Positions 1 through 10,602 of a DNA stretch of 64,000 bases are shown piece after piece (position 1 is the first letter of the stretch; each line of letters begins with the position of its first letter). A program made the translations under genes and the position numbers. The stretch is from NCBI RefSeq assembly GCF_009931435.1, contig NZ_CP043414.1; one strand, written 5' to 3'. The DNA is from Escherichia coli. GTDB taxonomy: Bacteria > Pseudomonadota > Gammaproteobacteria > Enterobacterales > Enterobacteriaceae. The notes beneath the pieces were generated by a model, which did no database searches, was not told the origin of the DNA, and worked only from the letters and a program-made list of their open reading frames with translations.

Positions 1-2616
1 TAGTTGACCGTTATTACCGTGGTAGTTCCCCTTCACCACCAACACGTTGCCAGCTTGCTGTCCTGACATTCCGGTCATCAGCGTACCGTTGTTGGTCAGA
101 TTGCCACCCAGGGTGTAATTCACTGGTGCAGCCGCTCTTTTTTCAGCGCTATTATTCAGCGCCAGGGTGCCGTTGTTCTCAATGTTTGCGTTACCCATTC
201 CCTGCGCATGACTAACCAGGACATTAGCCGAGCTAGCAATGTTCACATTCGCCGTCAGGTTGCTATTATCGCCCGCTATGTCCAGCGTGCCGCCCTGGAT
301 ATTCAGTTCCCCGTCGCCGCTTAACGAACCGCTTGAAGTCCCCCCGTTGGCAACCGTCAGAGTGCCGCCGTTTAAGTTCAGCAACGAATCGGCGCTAGCC
401 TTGAGCGTACCCACGGTCTGGCTGTGACCATTCATATCCAGTTCAGTCTCTGCCGCCAGACGCAGTTCATGGGTATTACCCAACACGTTATCGTTATTCA
501 ACAAAAGCGTCCCGCTACGCAGATCGGTAACACCGGTATAGTCATTGTCTTTGTTTGAAAGCGATACGGTCTGACCTTTCTGGCTGCTGAAGGCCAGGTC
601 ACCACTGCCGGTAACCTTTGCACTGAGATCGGCGGCATTCTCGCTCTTACCGTTGGCACTCAGCACCAGGGCGTCACTGTCGGTAGCCTGCAAATCAAGC
701 TGGGTCAGGCCGTAACCGATATACAGACCGTCATTGTTTACCCCACTCGTCAGGCGATAATCATAAGTGCCGACGGCCGCTTTTTGCCCATTCTGCTGAA
801 TATCACGCTGTGATCTGCTGGAGAGGATTTGCCCATTTTTATTCTGTAGTTGAAGATTACCCGCATCCCCCAGAACTTCCGCACCCTGTGCATCAACCAG
901 CTTAATGGTGCTGTTACCATCATCGACTTCAGTGAGCGATAACGCAGAGTCAATATCACGAGAAACAGAGCGTACAACGTCACTGTCAGTAACCTGAATC
1001 ACACCCTCGCCGCGCAAATCCAGCGTTTTACTAACGTTGACCGTCCCTTCTGTCATCTGCGCGCCAGCGGCCAGGGCACCAAAATCAACGGTTCCGCCCG
1101 AGAATCCCAGAGTGCTAATGGAGTGAGCGCCCTTACCCACTGTTATCTGGCTTCCCTGACCCGCAGTGATCCCGCCTTTCTGCAGAAACTCAGCATTTTT
1201 TTCCAGGTTAAATGTCGTGTTCTGGAACGCCAGTGAACCCTGGAACCAGTCTGTATAAGCAAACTCATCGAAGGAGAATTCGTGATTCCCCATGTTTATT
1301 TCAACAATGCCTTTACCTTCAAGATCGTTATCAAATACCCAATCTTTGTTGGCATTAATTTGCAGTTTGCCATCAACATCCAGTTCTGCACGGCCGATGT
1401 TCTTATCTTCAGAAATAACAGCGACAGCATCGGAAGCGACATCAATATATCCGCTGAATGCATAGTTATTGCCGGTCAACTCCACCGTCCCACTGTCGAT
1501 ACTTATTGTACCGTTGCCGGAAATCTTATTGGCAAAGGTCATGCTATCGTCAGCCTTCAGGTGTAATTTCCCGCGGTTGGTGATTTCTGCTGTACCTATA
1601 TTTTGGGTGATCCCTAAAGCCCCGTTTTTCTCAATTTTGACTTTACCGCTAAAGGCGGAGTTATCCCCGGTTAAGTAAGTTGTACCATTGAGCGCATTGA
1701 TATAGCCCAGGCCCTCGCTGCCACTGACAATATCCGCGGAAATAGTCGCGTTTTTATCCGTGTGGTTTAAAGTGATTTTCTTATCTGATGTCGAAGCCCA
1801 CACAAACTCAATTTTTTCGGCATCAATAATCCCTGCCGCTTTCGCATCACTCCCTTCCTGGGCACCTAACGCCAACTCAGAGTTGGTGCTTAAACTAATA
1901 GTCGGCGCAGAAACTTTACCGCCTTCTGAAACGGCAAGTGTTGTATCGGAGTTTTGGTTATAATAGCCCAGGCTAATTTGCTTACTGGCATTAACTTCAC
2001 CGCCGTTATTAACTGACAGGTACTGATTACCACCGTAACTGCTGTAAACGCCCATAAAGAAGGTTTCAGAATTTACCTGGCTGCCTTCACCACTGACATT
2101 TCCCTGCAAATAGGTCAGACGACTGGTGCCCTTAACATGGATTTTGCCGCCATTGGAGACGTTAAAATAGCCGCGATCATGCCAGGAGCCGGAGTTTGAG
2201 TCATATAAATCATCTGCATACAACTCACTACCAGCATTGGAGACGTTCAGGAAACCTGTACCTTTCAGCAGGACGTCAAGCTGACCATTGATATACACTT
2301 TCCCTCCGGTGATATCCAATCCACCACCAGAATTGAGCGTAAAGCGTGGACGCGAGGTGTCTGTTACGTTAATAACCAGATTAGCATTATCAGTCACCGT
2401 AATACGGTAATCGATGTTCTGATCGGTTTTGCCGTAATCAACAGTCTTATCCTGGTTCACGATGAAATCACCAGAGAACGCCAGAGATGAATATAAACTT
2501 ATCGCGCTAATTAAAACAGCCCGGGACTTTTTTCCTTTTACTCTGCTCCCCAGCTCCGAGCAGACGCTCCAACAGTTACGGGACCTGTTCCACTTTAGCC
2601 GATATATTTTATTCAT
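1..2616 (-). CDS. AIDA-I/Ag43-type autotransporter adhesin, N-terminal ~872 codons (gene continues past the window start)
   Basis: Manual translation of the minus strand from ATG at 2616..2614 (GGAGA RBS upstream) gives MNKIYRLKWNRSRNCWSVCSELGSRV..., the extended signal peptide typical of type Va autotransporters, followed by a Gly/Asn/Thr-rich repetitive passenger region. No complete ORF is listed by the track because the frame runs off the edge. The hand translation may contain errors. Confidence 0.7.
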   Translation of the reverse strand, partial: MNKIYRLKWNRSRNCWSVCSELGSRVKGKKSRAVLISAISLYSSLAFSGDFIVNQDKTVDYGKTDQNIDYRITVTDNANLVINVTDTSRPRFTLNSGGGLDITGGKVYINGQLDVLLKGTGFLNVSNAGSELYADDLYDSNSGSWHDRGYFNVSNGGKIHVKGTSRLTYLQGNVSGEGSQVNSETFFMGVYSSYGGNQYLSVNNGGEVNASKQISLGYYNQNSDTTLAVSEGGKVSAPTISLSTNSELALGAQEGSDAKAAGIIDAEKIEFVWASTSDKKITLNHTDKNATISADIVSGSEGLGYINALNGTTYLTGDNSAFSGKVKIEKNGALGITQNIGTAEITNRGKLHLKADDSMTFANKISGNGTISIDSGTVELTGNNYAFSGYIDVASDAVAVISEDKNIGRAELDVDGKLQINANKDWVFDNDLEGKGIVEINMGNHEFSFDEFAYTDWFQGSLAFQNTTFNLEKNAEFLQKGGITAGQGSQITVGKGAHSISTLGFSGGTVDFGALAAGAQMTEGTVNVSKTLDLRGEGVIQVTDSDVVRSVSRDIDSALSLTEVDDGNSTIKLVDAQGAEVLGDAGNLQLQNKNGQILSSRSQRDIQQNGQKAAVGTYDYRLTSGVNNDGLYIGYGLTQLDLQATDSDALVLSANGKSENAADLSAKVTGSGDLAFSSQKGQTVSLSNKDNDYTGVTDLRSGTLLLNNDNVLGNTHELRLAAETELDMNGHSQTVGTLKASADSLLNLNGGTLTVANGGTSSGSLSGDGELNIQGGTLDIAGDNSNLTANVNIASSANVLVSHAQGMGNANIENNGTLALNNSAEKRAAAPVNYTLGGNLTNNGTLMTGMSGQQAGNVLVVKGNYHGNNGQL

Positions 2617-3188
2617 CACAATCTCCAGCAATACATCCAAATAAAACTAAGATTGCATAAACAGCAACGCATTAAATGCCATTCCGGTTACTGTTCATCG
2701 CATATAAAAATTCAAAAATTTTGCATAGCATTGACAACCACATATCTGAGTATGTAGTTCAGAGGGTAATAAAATAGCAAGTTACTACTGAAAACTTATT
2801 TTAAGTTAACACTATTAACTTTATCATTACATTCCACCCAGTCTCGAATACATGCGCATTATATGTATCCAGGAACTCAAATCAACTCAAAATATAAACA
2901 AAAGCAGGAGGAATACATTTAATATACAGCCGGTAAAAGTGGTAACTCTTATTAGGTATCAAAATATAAGAATCGTCTTATTAATAAATATATAACTCTA
3001 TAGGACTGAATCCATTCAGCTAATGCAAAATAAAATCGTTAATTAATAAAATATAAAATCATGAAGTGATACAAGAGGAATTGCAGGATATGACATGACA
3101 ATCATATATAATATATGCATAATTTTTTACAGCGAGTCAATGATTTCCGCGCCATATGCAGACATGGCGCGGTTTTATGCAAAAATAA

Positions 3189-5222
3189 TCACACGTCCGG
3201 GAACATTACGCTATTACCCGGCGCTTCACGATGGAGATGGATAAAGTTTAGGTGCCGCTCGTACTGATCGAGAATATCGGTGATCACCTGCTCTTTGCTG
3301 TAGTCCATCAGGTCGTTGCCCTGGCTGCCTTCTAACAGGAAGGTTTCCAGCCGGTAGTAGGTCGATTTACCGCTACGTGCGCGGTAGGTAAAGCCCGGCA
3401 CCGAATATTGCTGCGGCCAAATCTGATAGACAAAGTTTTGCTCTTCGCCCATATGCACCAACAAATCCAGATGCCCCAACTGTTGTCCCTCTTCCGGCGG
3501 CAGGCTTTTTAGCTCCACGTACGCGCCGCGCAACCGCAGCTCCTGCGCCACTTCTTCCATTGCCGGGTAACAGACCGTCTCCATCATCTGTTTAGTGTAA
3601 CGCGTGCCCGGATAATTCATCAGGCGCGAGAGACGTTTTTTCCAGCTCAGGCGATCCTGAAGCCCCAGCGGTCGCGGCGCGGTATCACGGTTGGCACTTT
3701 CACGGCGGTAATCTTCTACCTTCAGAGATTTATACAATCCCGCCATCACGAAGAAAATCACAAAGCTGAACGGCAGCCCCATGATTACCGTGGTGTTTTG
3801 CAGCGCGGATATCCCGTTGGTCATCAGCATGCCAAGCGTCAGCAGACCAATGGCAACCGACCAGAAGACACGCAGCCAGCCCGGCGCGTCGCTGTTGATA
3901 TCTTTAAGCTGCGAGGTGAAATTCCCCAGCACCAGCGCCCCGGAATCCGCCGAAGTTACGTAGAACAGCAAGCCAGTGATGGTGGCAACCGAGGCGCTAA
4001 AGGTAAATGCCGGATATTGCGCCAGCAGGCTGTAGAAGCCGCGCTCCGGATGGACCATCGCTTCCTCGGCAAATGCCGCGCCGCCGTGGATGATTTCATA
4101 CAGCGCGCTATTGCCGAATACCGAGAGCCATAACAGCGTGAAGGTAAACGGAATAATCAACGTGCCCAGCACGAACTGGCGAATGGTACGCCCGCGCGAG
4201 ATACGCGCCAGGAACAGGCCGACAAACGGCGACCATGCCACCCACCATGCCCAGAAGAAGAGCGTCCAGTTATTCATCCACTCAACCGGACGGTCGAAGG
4301 CAAAACTGTTGAGCGTCATTCCCATAAAGCGATTCACATAGTCGCCAACGTTCAGCACCAGCGCATTAAGCAGGAACGAGGTGTCGCCCATAAACAGCAC
4401 GAACAGGATCAACCCCAGCGCCAGCGCAACGTTGAGTTCCGATAACACGCGAATGCCCTTATCGACACCGGAGGTGACAGAGATCGTTGCGATGATCACC
4501 GACAAGGCGATCAGTGCCGCTTTCGCCGCCATCGAATCGGGAATATCAAACAGTACGCTCAAGCCATAGTTAAGCTGCACCACGCCAATACCGAGCGTGG
4601 TCGCAATACCGAAAATGGTGCCGATTACCGCCGCGATATCTACCGTGTGACCAATCGGCCCGTTGATCCGTTTGCCGAAAATAGGATACAGCGCCGAGCG
4701 GATCGTGAGCGGTAAATCATAACGATAGCTAAAGTATCCAAGCGCCATGCCCATCAGCGCATACATCGACCAGCCGGTTAAGCCGTAGTGAAACAGCGTC
4801 CAGACCATCGCCTGACGCGCGGCCTCAATTGTCTGTCCCGCGCCTTCCGGCGGCTGCATATACTGCGTGACCGGCTCAGCAACGGAGAAGAACATCAGAT
4901 CAATACCAATCCCGGCAGCGAACAGCATCGCCGCCCAGCTCAGTAGACTGAATTCCGGTTTGGATTGTTCAGGCCCGAGCTTCACCGAACCAAAACGCGA
5001 ACAAGCGATGCAGACCACAAAGACAATATAGAGCGTTGCCGCCAGCAGATAGTACCAACCGAAGGTTTTAGAAACCCAGTCCAGCGTGCGGCCAATCCAC
5101 AGGGCCGAGAAGTCGCGAAACAGGATCGTTGTCAGGGAAAACAACAAAATCAGTCCGGCGGAGGTGTAAAACACCACCGGATTGATTTTGTCCTTTTCCC
5201 TGCTGTGCGAAAGGTCTGTCAT
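3189..5222 (-). CDS. betT: choline transporter BetT (BCCT family)
   Basis: 677-aa ORF, polytopic membrane protein with BCCT-like sequence; divergent from betIBA as in E. coli. Confidence 0.95.
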   Translation of the reverse strand: MTDLSHSREKDKINPVVFYTSAGLILLFSLTTILFRDFSALWIGRTLDWVSKTFGWYYLLAATLYIVFVVCIACSRFGSVKLGPEQSKPEFSLLSWAAMLFAAGIGIDLMFFSVAEPVTQYMQPPEGAGQTIEAARQAMVWTLFHYGLTGWSMYALMGMALGYFSYRYDLPLTIRSALYPIFGKRINGPIGHTVDIAAVIGTIFGIATTLGIGVVQLNYGLSVLFDIPDSMAAKAALIALSVIIATISVTSGVDKGIRVLSELNVALALGLILFVLFMGDTSFLLNALVLNVGDYVNRFMGMTLNSFAFDRPVEWMNNWTLFFWAWWVAWSPFVGLFLARISRGRTIRQFVLGTLIIPFTFTLLWLSVFGNSALYEIIHGGAAFAEEAMVHPERGFYSLLAQYPAFTFSASVATITGLLFYVTSADSGALVLGNFTSQLKDINSDAPGWLRVFWSVAIGLLTLGMLMTNGISALQNTTVIMGLPFSFVIFFVMAGLYKSLKVEDYRRESANRDTAPRPLGLQDRLSWKKRLSRLMNYPGTRYTKQMMETVCYPAMEEVAQELRLRGAYVELKSLPPEEGQQLGHLDLLVHMGEEQNFVYQIWPQQYSVPGFTYRARSGKSTYYRLETFLLEGSQGNDLMDYSKEQVITDILDQYERHLNFIHLHREAPGNSVMFPDV

Positions 5223-5350
5223 CCAGTATCCCCACTGTTATTGTTACCATTTAAAATCAAATTAGTAACAATTAAGACACATTTTATATTGAACGTCCAA
5301 TCAATAACGGCTTTAATAGATTAACAACGCTGATGAATGGAGTGGCAAAA
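5223..5350. promoter_or_regulatory. betT / betIBA divergent promoter region (expected BetI operator)
   Basis: Intergenic position between divergently transcribed betT and betI; the operator itself was not mapped by eye. Confidence 0.45.
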
Positions 5351-5938
5351 ATGCCCAAATTGGGGATGCAGTCGATCCGGCGCAGACAACTGATCGACGC
5401 CACGCTGGAAGCAATAAATGAAGTAGGTATGCACGATGCGACGATCGCGCAGATTGCCCGCCGGGCGGGCGTTTCCACCGGGATCATTAGCCACTATTTC
5501 AAAGATAAAAATGGTCTGCTGGAAGCAACCATGCGTGATATCACCAGCCAGCTGCGTGACGCGGTCTTGAACCGCTTACACGCGCTACCGGATGGCAGCC
5601 CTGAGCAGCGATTACAGGCGATTGTTGACGGAAATTTCGATGAGACTCAGGTCAGTAATGCTGCGATGAAAGCCTGGCTGGCGTTTTGGGCCAGCAGTAT
5701 GCATCAGCCGATGCTTTACCGTTTGCAGCAGGTGAGCAGCCGCCGCTTGTTGTCGAATCTGGTGAGCGAATTTCACCGCGAGTTACCGCGCAAAGAGGCA
5801 CAGGAGGCAGGTTATGGCCTGGCCGCGCTGATTGACGGTTTATGGCTGCGCGCGGCATTGAGCGGTAAACCGCTGGATAAACCTCTCGCACACTCGCTCA
5901 CCCGCCACTTTATCACTCAGCATTTACCCACCGATTAA
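5351..5938 (+). CDS. betI: TetR-family repressor BetI
   Basis: Track ORF 5333..5938; likely start at [19 protein letters not shown] giving 195 aa; TetR HTH N-terminus. Confidence 0.93.
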   Translation: MPKLGMQSIRRRQLIDATLEAINEVGMHDATIAQIARRAGVSTGIISHYFKDKNGLLEATMRDITSQLRDAVLNRLHALPDGSPEQRLQAIVDGNFDETQVSNAAMKAWLAFWASSMHQPMLYRLQQVSSRRLLSNLVSEFHRELPRKEAQEAGYGLAALIDGLWLRAALSGKPLDKPLAHSLTRHFITQHLPTD

Positions 5939-5948
5939 CCGAGGAGAC

Positions 5949-7424
5949 GTGATGTCCCGAATGGCAGAACAGCAGCTTTATATACATGGTGGTTATACCT
6001 CCGCCACCAGCGGTCGCACCTTCGAGACCATTAACCCGGCCAACGGTAACGTGCTGGCGACCGTGCAGGCCGCCGGGCGTGAGGATGTCGATCGCGCCGT
6101 GAAGAGCGCCCAGCAGGGGCAAAAAATCTGGGCGGCGATGACCGCCATGGAACGCTCGCGCATTCTGCGTCGGGCCGTTGATATTCTGCGCGAACGCAAT
6201 GACGAACTCGCTAAACTGGAAACCCTCGACACCGGGAAGGCGTATTCAGAAACCTCAACCGTCGATATCGTTACCGGCGCGGACGTACTGGAGTACTACG
6301 CCGGGCTGATCCCGGCGCTGGAAGGCAGCCAGATCCCGCTACGCGAGACGTCGTTTGTTTATACCCGCAGTGAACCGCTGGGCGTGGTCGCCGGAATTGG
6401 CGCATGGAACTACCCGATTCAGATTGCTTTGTGGAAATCCGCTCCGGCACTGGCCGCAGGCAACGCGATGATATTCAAACCGAGCGAAGTTACCCCGCTT
6501 ACCGCGTTAAAGCTGGCTGAAATCTACAGCGAAGCGGGCCTGCCGGACGGCGTATTTAACGTGTTGCCGGGCGTAGGTGCGGAAACCGGGCAGTATCTGA
6601 CCGAGCATCCGGGCATCGCCAAAGTGTCGTTTACCGGCGGCGTCGCCAGCGGCAAAAAGGTGATGGCTAACGCGGCGGCCTCTTCCCTGAAAGAGGTGAC
6701 CATGGAGCTGGGCGGTAAATCGCCGCTGATCGTTTTCGACGATGCAGACCTCGATCTCGCCGCCGATATCGCCATGATGGCGAACTTCTTTAGCTCCGGT
6801 CAGGTGTGTACCAATGGCACCCGCGTCTTCGTTCCGGCGAAATGCAAAGCCGCGTTTGAGCAGAAAATACTGGCGCGCGTTGAACGCATTCGCGCGGGCG
6901 ACGTTTTCGATCCGCAAACCAACTTTGGCCCGCTGGTCAGCTTCCCGCATCGCGATAACGTGCTGCGCTATATCGCCAAAGGTAAAGAGGAAGGCGCACG
7001 CGTGCTCTGCGGCGGCGATGTGCTGAAGGGTGATGGCTTCGATAACGGCGCATGGGTTGCACCGACCGTGTTCACCGATTGCCGCGACGAAATGACTATC
7101 GTGCGCGAAGAGATCTTCGGCCCGGTGATGTCGCTCCTCACGTATGAGTCTGAAGACGAAGTGATTCGCCGCGCCAATGATACCGACTACGGTCTGGCGG
7201 CGGGTATCGTCACGGCGGATCTGAACCGCGCGCATCGCGTCATTCATCAGCTGGAAGCCGGCATTTGCTGGATCAACACCTGGGGAGAATCCCCGGCGGA
7301 GATGCCCGTTGGCGGTTACAAACACTCCGGCATTGGCCGCGAGAACGGCGTGATGACGCTCCAGAGTTATACCCAGGTGAAGTCCATCCAGGTTGAGATG
7401 GCTAAATTCCAGTCCATATTCTAA
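5949..7424 (+). CDS. betB: betaine aldehyde dehydrogenase BetB
   Basis: 491-aa aldehyde dehydrogenase ORF immediately after betI. Confidence 0.96.
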   Translation: MMSRMAEQQLYIHGGYTSATSGRTFETINPANGNVLATVQAAGREDVDRAVKSAQQGQKIWAAMTAMERSRILRRAVDILRERNDELAKLETLDTGKAYSETSTVDIVTGADVLEYYAGLIPALEGSQIPLRETSFVYTRSEPLGVVAGIGAWNYPIQIALWKSAPALAAGNAMIFKPSEVTPLTALKLAEIYSEAGLPDGVFNVLPGVGAETGQYLTEHPGIAKVSFTGGVASGKKVMANAAASSLKEVTMELGGKSPLIVFDDADLDLAADIAMMANFFSSGQVCTNGTRVFVPAKCKAAFEQKILARVERIRAGDVFDPQTNFGPLVSFPHRDNVLRYIAKGKEEGARVLCGGDVLKGDGFDNGAWVAPTVFTDCRDEMTIVREEIFGPVMSLLTYESEDEVIRRANDTDYGLAAGIVTADLNRAHRVIHQLEAGICWINTWGESPAEMPVGGYKHSGIGRENGVMTLQSYTQVKSIQVEMAKFQSIF

Positions 7425-7437
7425 CCAGGAGGTTTAT

Positions 7438-9126
7438 TTGCAATTTGACTACATCATTATTGGCGCCGGCTCTGCCGGCAACGTCCTCGCGACACGTCTG
7501 ACTGAAGATCCGAACACTACCGTGCTGCTGCTTGAAGCGGGCGGCCCGGACTATCGCTTTGACTTCCGTACCCAAATGCCCGCTGCGCTGGCGTTCCCGC
7601 TACAGGGTAAACGCTATAACTGGGCGTATGAGACCGAGCCGGAACCGTTTATGAACAACCGTCGCATGGAGTGCGGACGCGGTAAGGGGCTTGGTGGATC
7701 ATCACTGATCAACGGCATGTGTTACATCCGTGGTAACGCGCTGGATCTCGATAACTGGGCGAAAGAACCCGGTCTGGAGAACTGGAGCTACCTCGACTGT
7801 CTGCCCTACTATCGCAAGGCCGAGACTCGCGATGTGGGCGAGAACGACTACCACGGCGGTGATGGCCCGGTGAGCGTCACCACCTCCAAACCCGGCGTCA
7901 ATCCGCTGTTTGAAGCGATGATTGAAGCGGGCGTGCAGGCGGGCTACCCGCGCACGGACGATCTCAACGGCTATCAGCAGGAAGGTTTTGGCCCGATGGA
8001 TCGCACCGTCACGCCGCAGGGCCGTCGCGCCAGTACCGCGCGCGGTTATCTCGATCAGGCCAAATCGCGCCCTAACCTGACGATTCGTACTCACGCTATG
8101 ACCGATCACATCATTTTTGACGGCAAACGCGCGGTGGGCGTCGAGTGGCTGGAAGGCGACAGCACCATTCCGACCCGCTCGGCGGCGAATAAAGAAGTGC
8201 TGTTATGTGCAGGCGCGATTGCTTCACCGCAGATCCTGCAACGCTCCGGCGTCGGCAACGCTGGACTGCTGGCGGAGTTTGATATTCCGCTGGTGCATGA
8301 ATTACCTGGCGTCGGCGAAAATCTTCAGGATCACCTGGAGATGTATCTGCAATATGAGTGCAAAGAACCGGTTTCCCTCTACCCTGCCCTGCAGTGGTGG
8401 AATCAGCCGAAAATCGGTGCGGAGTGGCTGTTTGGCGGCACCGGCGTGGGTGCCAGCAACCACTTTGAAGCAGGTGGATTTATCCGCAGCCGTGAGGAAT
8501 TTGCGTGGCCGAACATTCAATACCACTTCCTGCCGGTAGCGATTAACTACAACGGCTCGAATGCGGTGAAAGAGCACGGTTTCCAGTGCCACGTTGGCTC
8601 AATGCGCTCGCCAAGCCGTGGGCATGTGCGGATTAAATCCCGCGACCCGCACCAGCATCCGGCGATTTTGTTTAACTACATGTCGCACGAACAGGACTGG
8701 CAGGAGTTCCGCGACGCGATTCGCATCACCCGCGAGATCATGCATCAACCGGCGCTGGATCAATACCGTGGCCGCGAAATCAGCCCCGGCGCGGAATGCC
8801 AGACAGATGAGCAGCTCGATGAGTTTGTGCGTAATCACGCCGAAACCGCCTTCCACCCATGCGGTACGTGCAAAATGGGGTACGACGAGATGTCCGTTGT
8901 GGATGGCGAAGGCCGCGTGCACGGGCTGGAAGGATTACGCGTAGTCGATGCGTCAATTATGCCGCAGATCATCACCGGCAATCTGAACGCCACGACCATT
9001 ATGATTGGCGAGAAAATGGCGGATATGATTCGCGGACGAGAAGCGTTGCCCAGAAGTCTGGCGGCGTATTTTGTGGCGAATGGGATGCCAGTAAGAGCGA
9101 AAAAACTGAATCGCGATTTGAACTAA
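7438..9126 (+). CDS. betA: choline dehydrogenase BetA (GMC oxidoreductase)
   Basis: FAD-binding motif [11 protein letters not shown] at the N-terminus; likely TTG start at 7438 preceded by AGGAGG and just after the betB stop. The track extends the ORF to 7393, overlapping betB. Confidence 0.93.
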   Translation: MQFDYIIIGAGSAGNVLATRLTEDPNTTVLLLEAGGPDYRFDFRTQMPAALAFPLQGKRYNWAYETEPEPFMNNRRMECGRGKGLGGSSLINGMCYIRGNALDLDNWAKEPGLENWSYLDCLPYYRKAETRDVGENDYHGGDGPVSVTTSKPGVNPLFEAMIEAGVQAGYPRTDDLNGYQQEGFGPMDRTVTPQGRRASTARGYLDQAKSRPNLTIRTHAMTDHIIFDGKRAVGVEWLEGDSTIPTRSAANKEVLLCAGAIASPQILQRSGVGNAGLLAEFDIPLVHELPGVGENLQDHLEMYLQYECKEPVSLYPALQWWNQPKIGAEWLFGGTGVGASNHFEAGGFIRSREEFAWPNIQYHFLPVAINYNGSNAVKEHGFQCHVGSMRSPSRGHVRIKSRDPHQHPAILFNYMSHEQDWQEFRDAIRITREIMHQPALDQYRGREISPGAECQTDEQLDEFVRNHAETAFHPCGTCKMGYDEMSVVDGEGRVHGLEGLRVVDASIMPQIITGNLNATTIMIGEKMADMIRGREALPRSLAAYFVANGMPVRAKKLNRDLN

Positions 9127-9323
9127 CGCAGGAACTTACAAGATTGAGAGTTACCGTTCTACGATAAGGACCGAATCCTTATATAAAAAACATAGGTAAC
9201 TCTCATGCTTCATATCCAGTATTCATGATGCTGGTTTTTTGCTGATGTTTTTACCAGAATATTCCTGATACAGACTATTAATTCAAGCTTATCTGCGACA
9301 GATTTCATTTTCTGGATATATTA

Positions 9324-9906
9324 TGAGTGACAAATCAAACAGGATATCGATCTGATTGAAATTTTATTTTATCTGAAGAAAAAGATTCGTGTTATTCTGT
9401 TTATTATAGCTGTTTGTATGACAATGGTGCTATTATTTCTGTACATCAATAAAGACAATATAAAGCTGAGTTACAGCCTAAAAATAAACCACACAACATC
9501 AGGCATACTTGTAAGCTGTGATAGCAATAATAACTTTGCCTGTCAGACCACAATGACTGAAGATGTTATTCAGCGAATTACGAGTTTTTTAGACCAGTAC
9601 TAATGCTAAAAATTGCCTTGTCAAAAAAATGGTAGATGAATACAAACAAAACTCTGGGCAGTAATAAACAGCATTCTGATAGAGAGTGCCTGTATAAAGC
9701 TGAAGTGACAATGACCGGGAAGGGAGCCCGTCTTCAGGAATGGATTCCTGTCTTTTTCACTGTAAATATCCTGGCATTATTAATGTCAGGATATTTACAG
9801 AAGAGCAGCATAACCATGACGGAACGGGGTTAAGTCAGGTTGTCCTTAACGCTATTCACAACCTCGTATACCGCCTTCAGGTTTATGTCCAGACTTCATA
9901 TCTCTC
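9324..9906 (+). pseudogene. possible degraded gene (position where K-12 carries ykgH), frame-shifted short ORFs
   Basis: Three consecutive short ORFs in three different frames (9418..9603, 9636..9833, 9740..9952) in an AT-rich stretch; ATG at 9324 hits a stop after 10 codons and the +1 frame continues with a KKK-anchored hydrophobic segment. Assignment is by synteny only. Confidence 0.25.
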
Positions 9907-10602
9907 TCAGCAATCCTCAATAATCAGATACACCGCTTTCACCGGACCATGAACCCCGACGACTTTGATAAGCTCAATGTCCGCCGTTGAACTAGGACCA
10001 CTGATGATGTTAATACATGACGGCATTCGTTCACCGGCCTGCGCTTTCTGATGCAATTTTTCTGCGAGTTGCGCTACACGCGGCAGGATTGTGCTTTTAC
10101 GCAGGATAAAAAGAGAAGATTCCGGGAGCAGGCTCAATGAACGCCCGCGCCCGGCGGCGGAAAAAAGAACCACGCCACCCGATTCGGTTAAACCATATTC
10201 AGCATATACGACGCCCACTTTAGCCTGCTCTGCTTGTGATATGTTCTCAATACCTTTCGCCGGATCCCAAACAACGGCATTGCATTCCTGCTGCAAACGT
10301 TCGCTAATCCCCAATTCCTCCAGCCTCGTGTCACCGCTAATCACGACCGACTGCTCTCCCAGCTCTTTACACAGACATATTGCAGCTTCTGCGGCCTGCG
10401 CCTCGCTGGTCAGTTCACAGCGCGTCAACATAACATCGCTGGCAAACTGGATAAACGCGTCACAGCGCTGCTGTTGGTTAAGTTCGGTAAGCCGCTCGTT
10501 AGCATAGTTGTTAAGCGGCGCATCTTCTGCTTGCGGTTCAAGTCGCTGCGGGCGACCCAGTGCCTGAGCAACGTTATTCAAAAATTCGCTCCGATTATCC
10601 AT
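9907..10602 (-). CDS. ykgG: LutC-like protein YkgG
   Basis: Track ORF 9907..10755; likely start at MDNRSEF (231 aa), ATG overlapping the ykgF stop region. Confidence 0.88.
   Translation of the reverse strand: MDNRSEFLNNVAQALGRPQRLEPQAEDAPLNNYANERLTELNQQQRCDAFIQFASDVMLTRCELTSEAQAAEAAICLCKELGEQSVVISGDTRLEELGISERLQQECNAVVWDPAKGIENISQAEQAKVGVVYAEYGLTESGGVVLFSAAGRGRSLSLLPESSLFILRKSTILPRVAQLAEKLHQKAQAGERMPSCINIISGPSSTADIELIKVVGVHGPVKAVYLIIEDC

Noticed and set aside
6507-7325. 272-aa ORF on the minus strand inside betB
   Set aside because: Entirely antisense to the well-supported betB coding sequence; a typical high-GC antisense open frame with no independent signal.
7393-7437. ATG at 7393 as the betA start (track)
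   Set aside because: Would overlap the betB 3' end by 32 nt; TTG at 7438 with an AGGAGG RBS yields the expected [12 protein letters not shown]-terminus.
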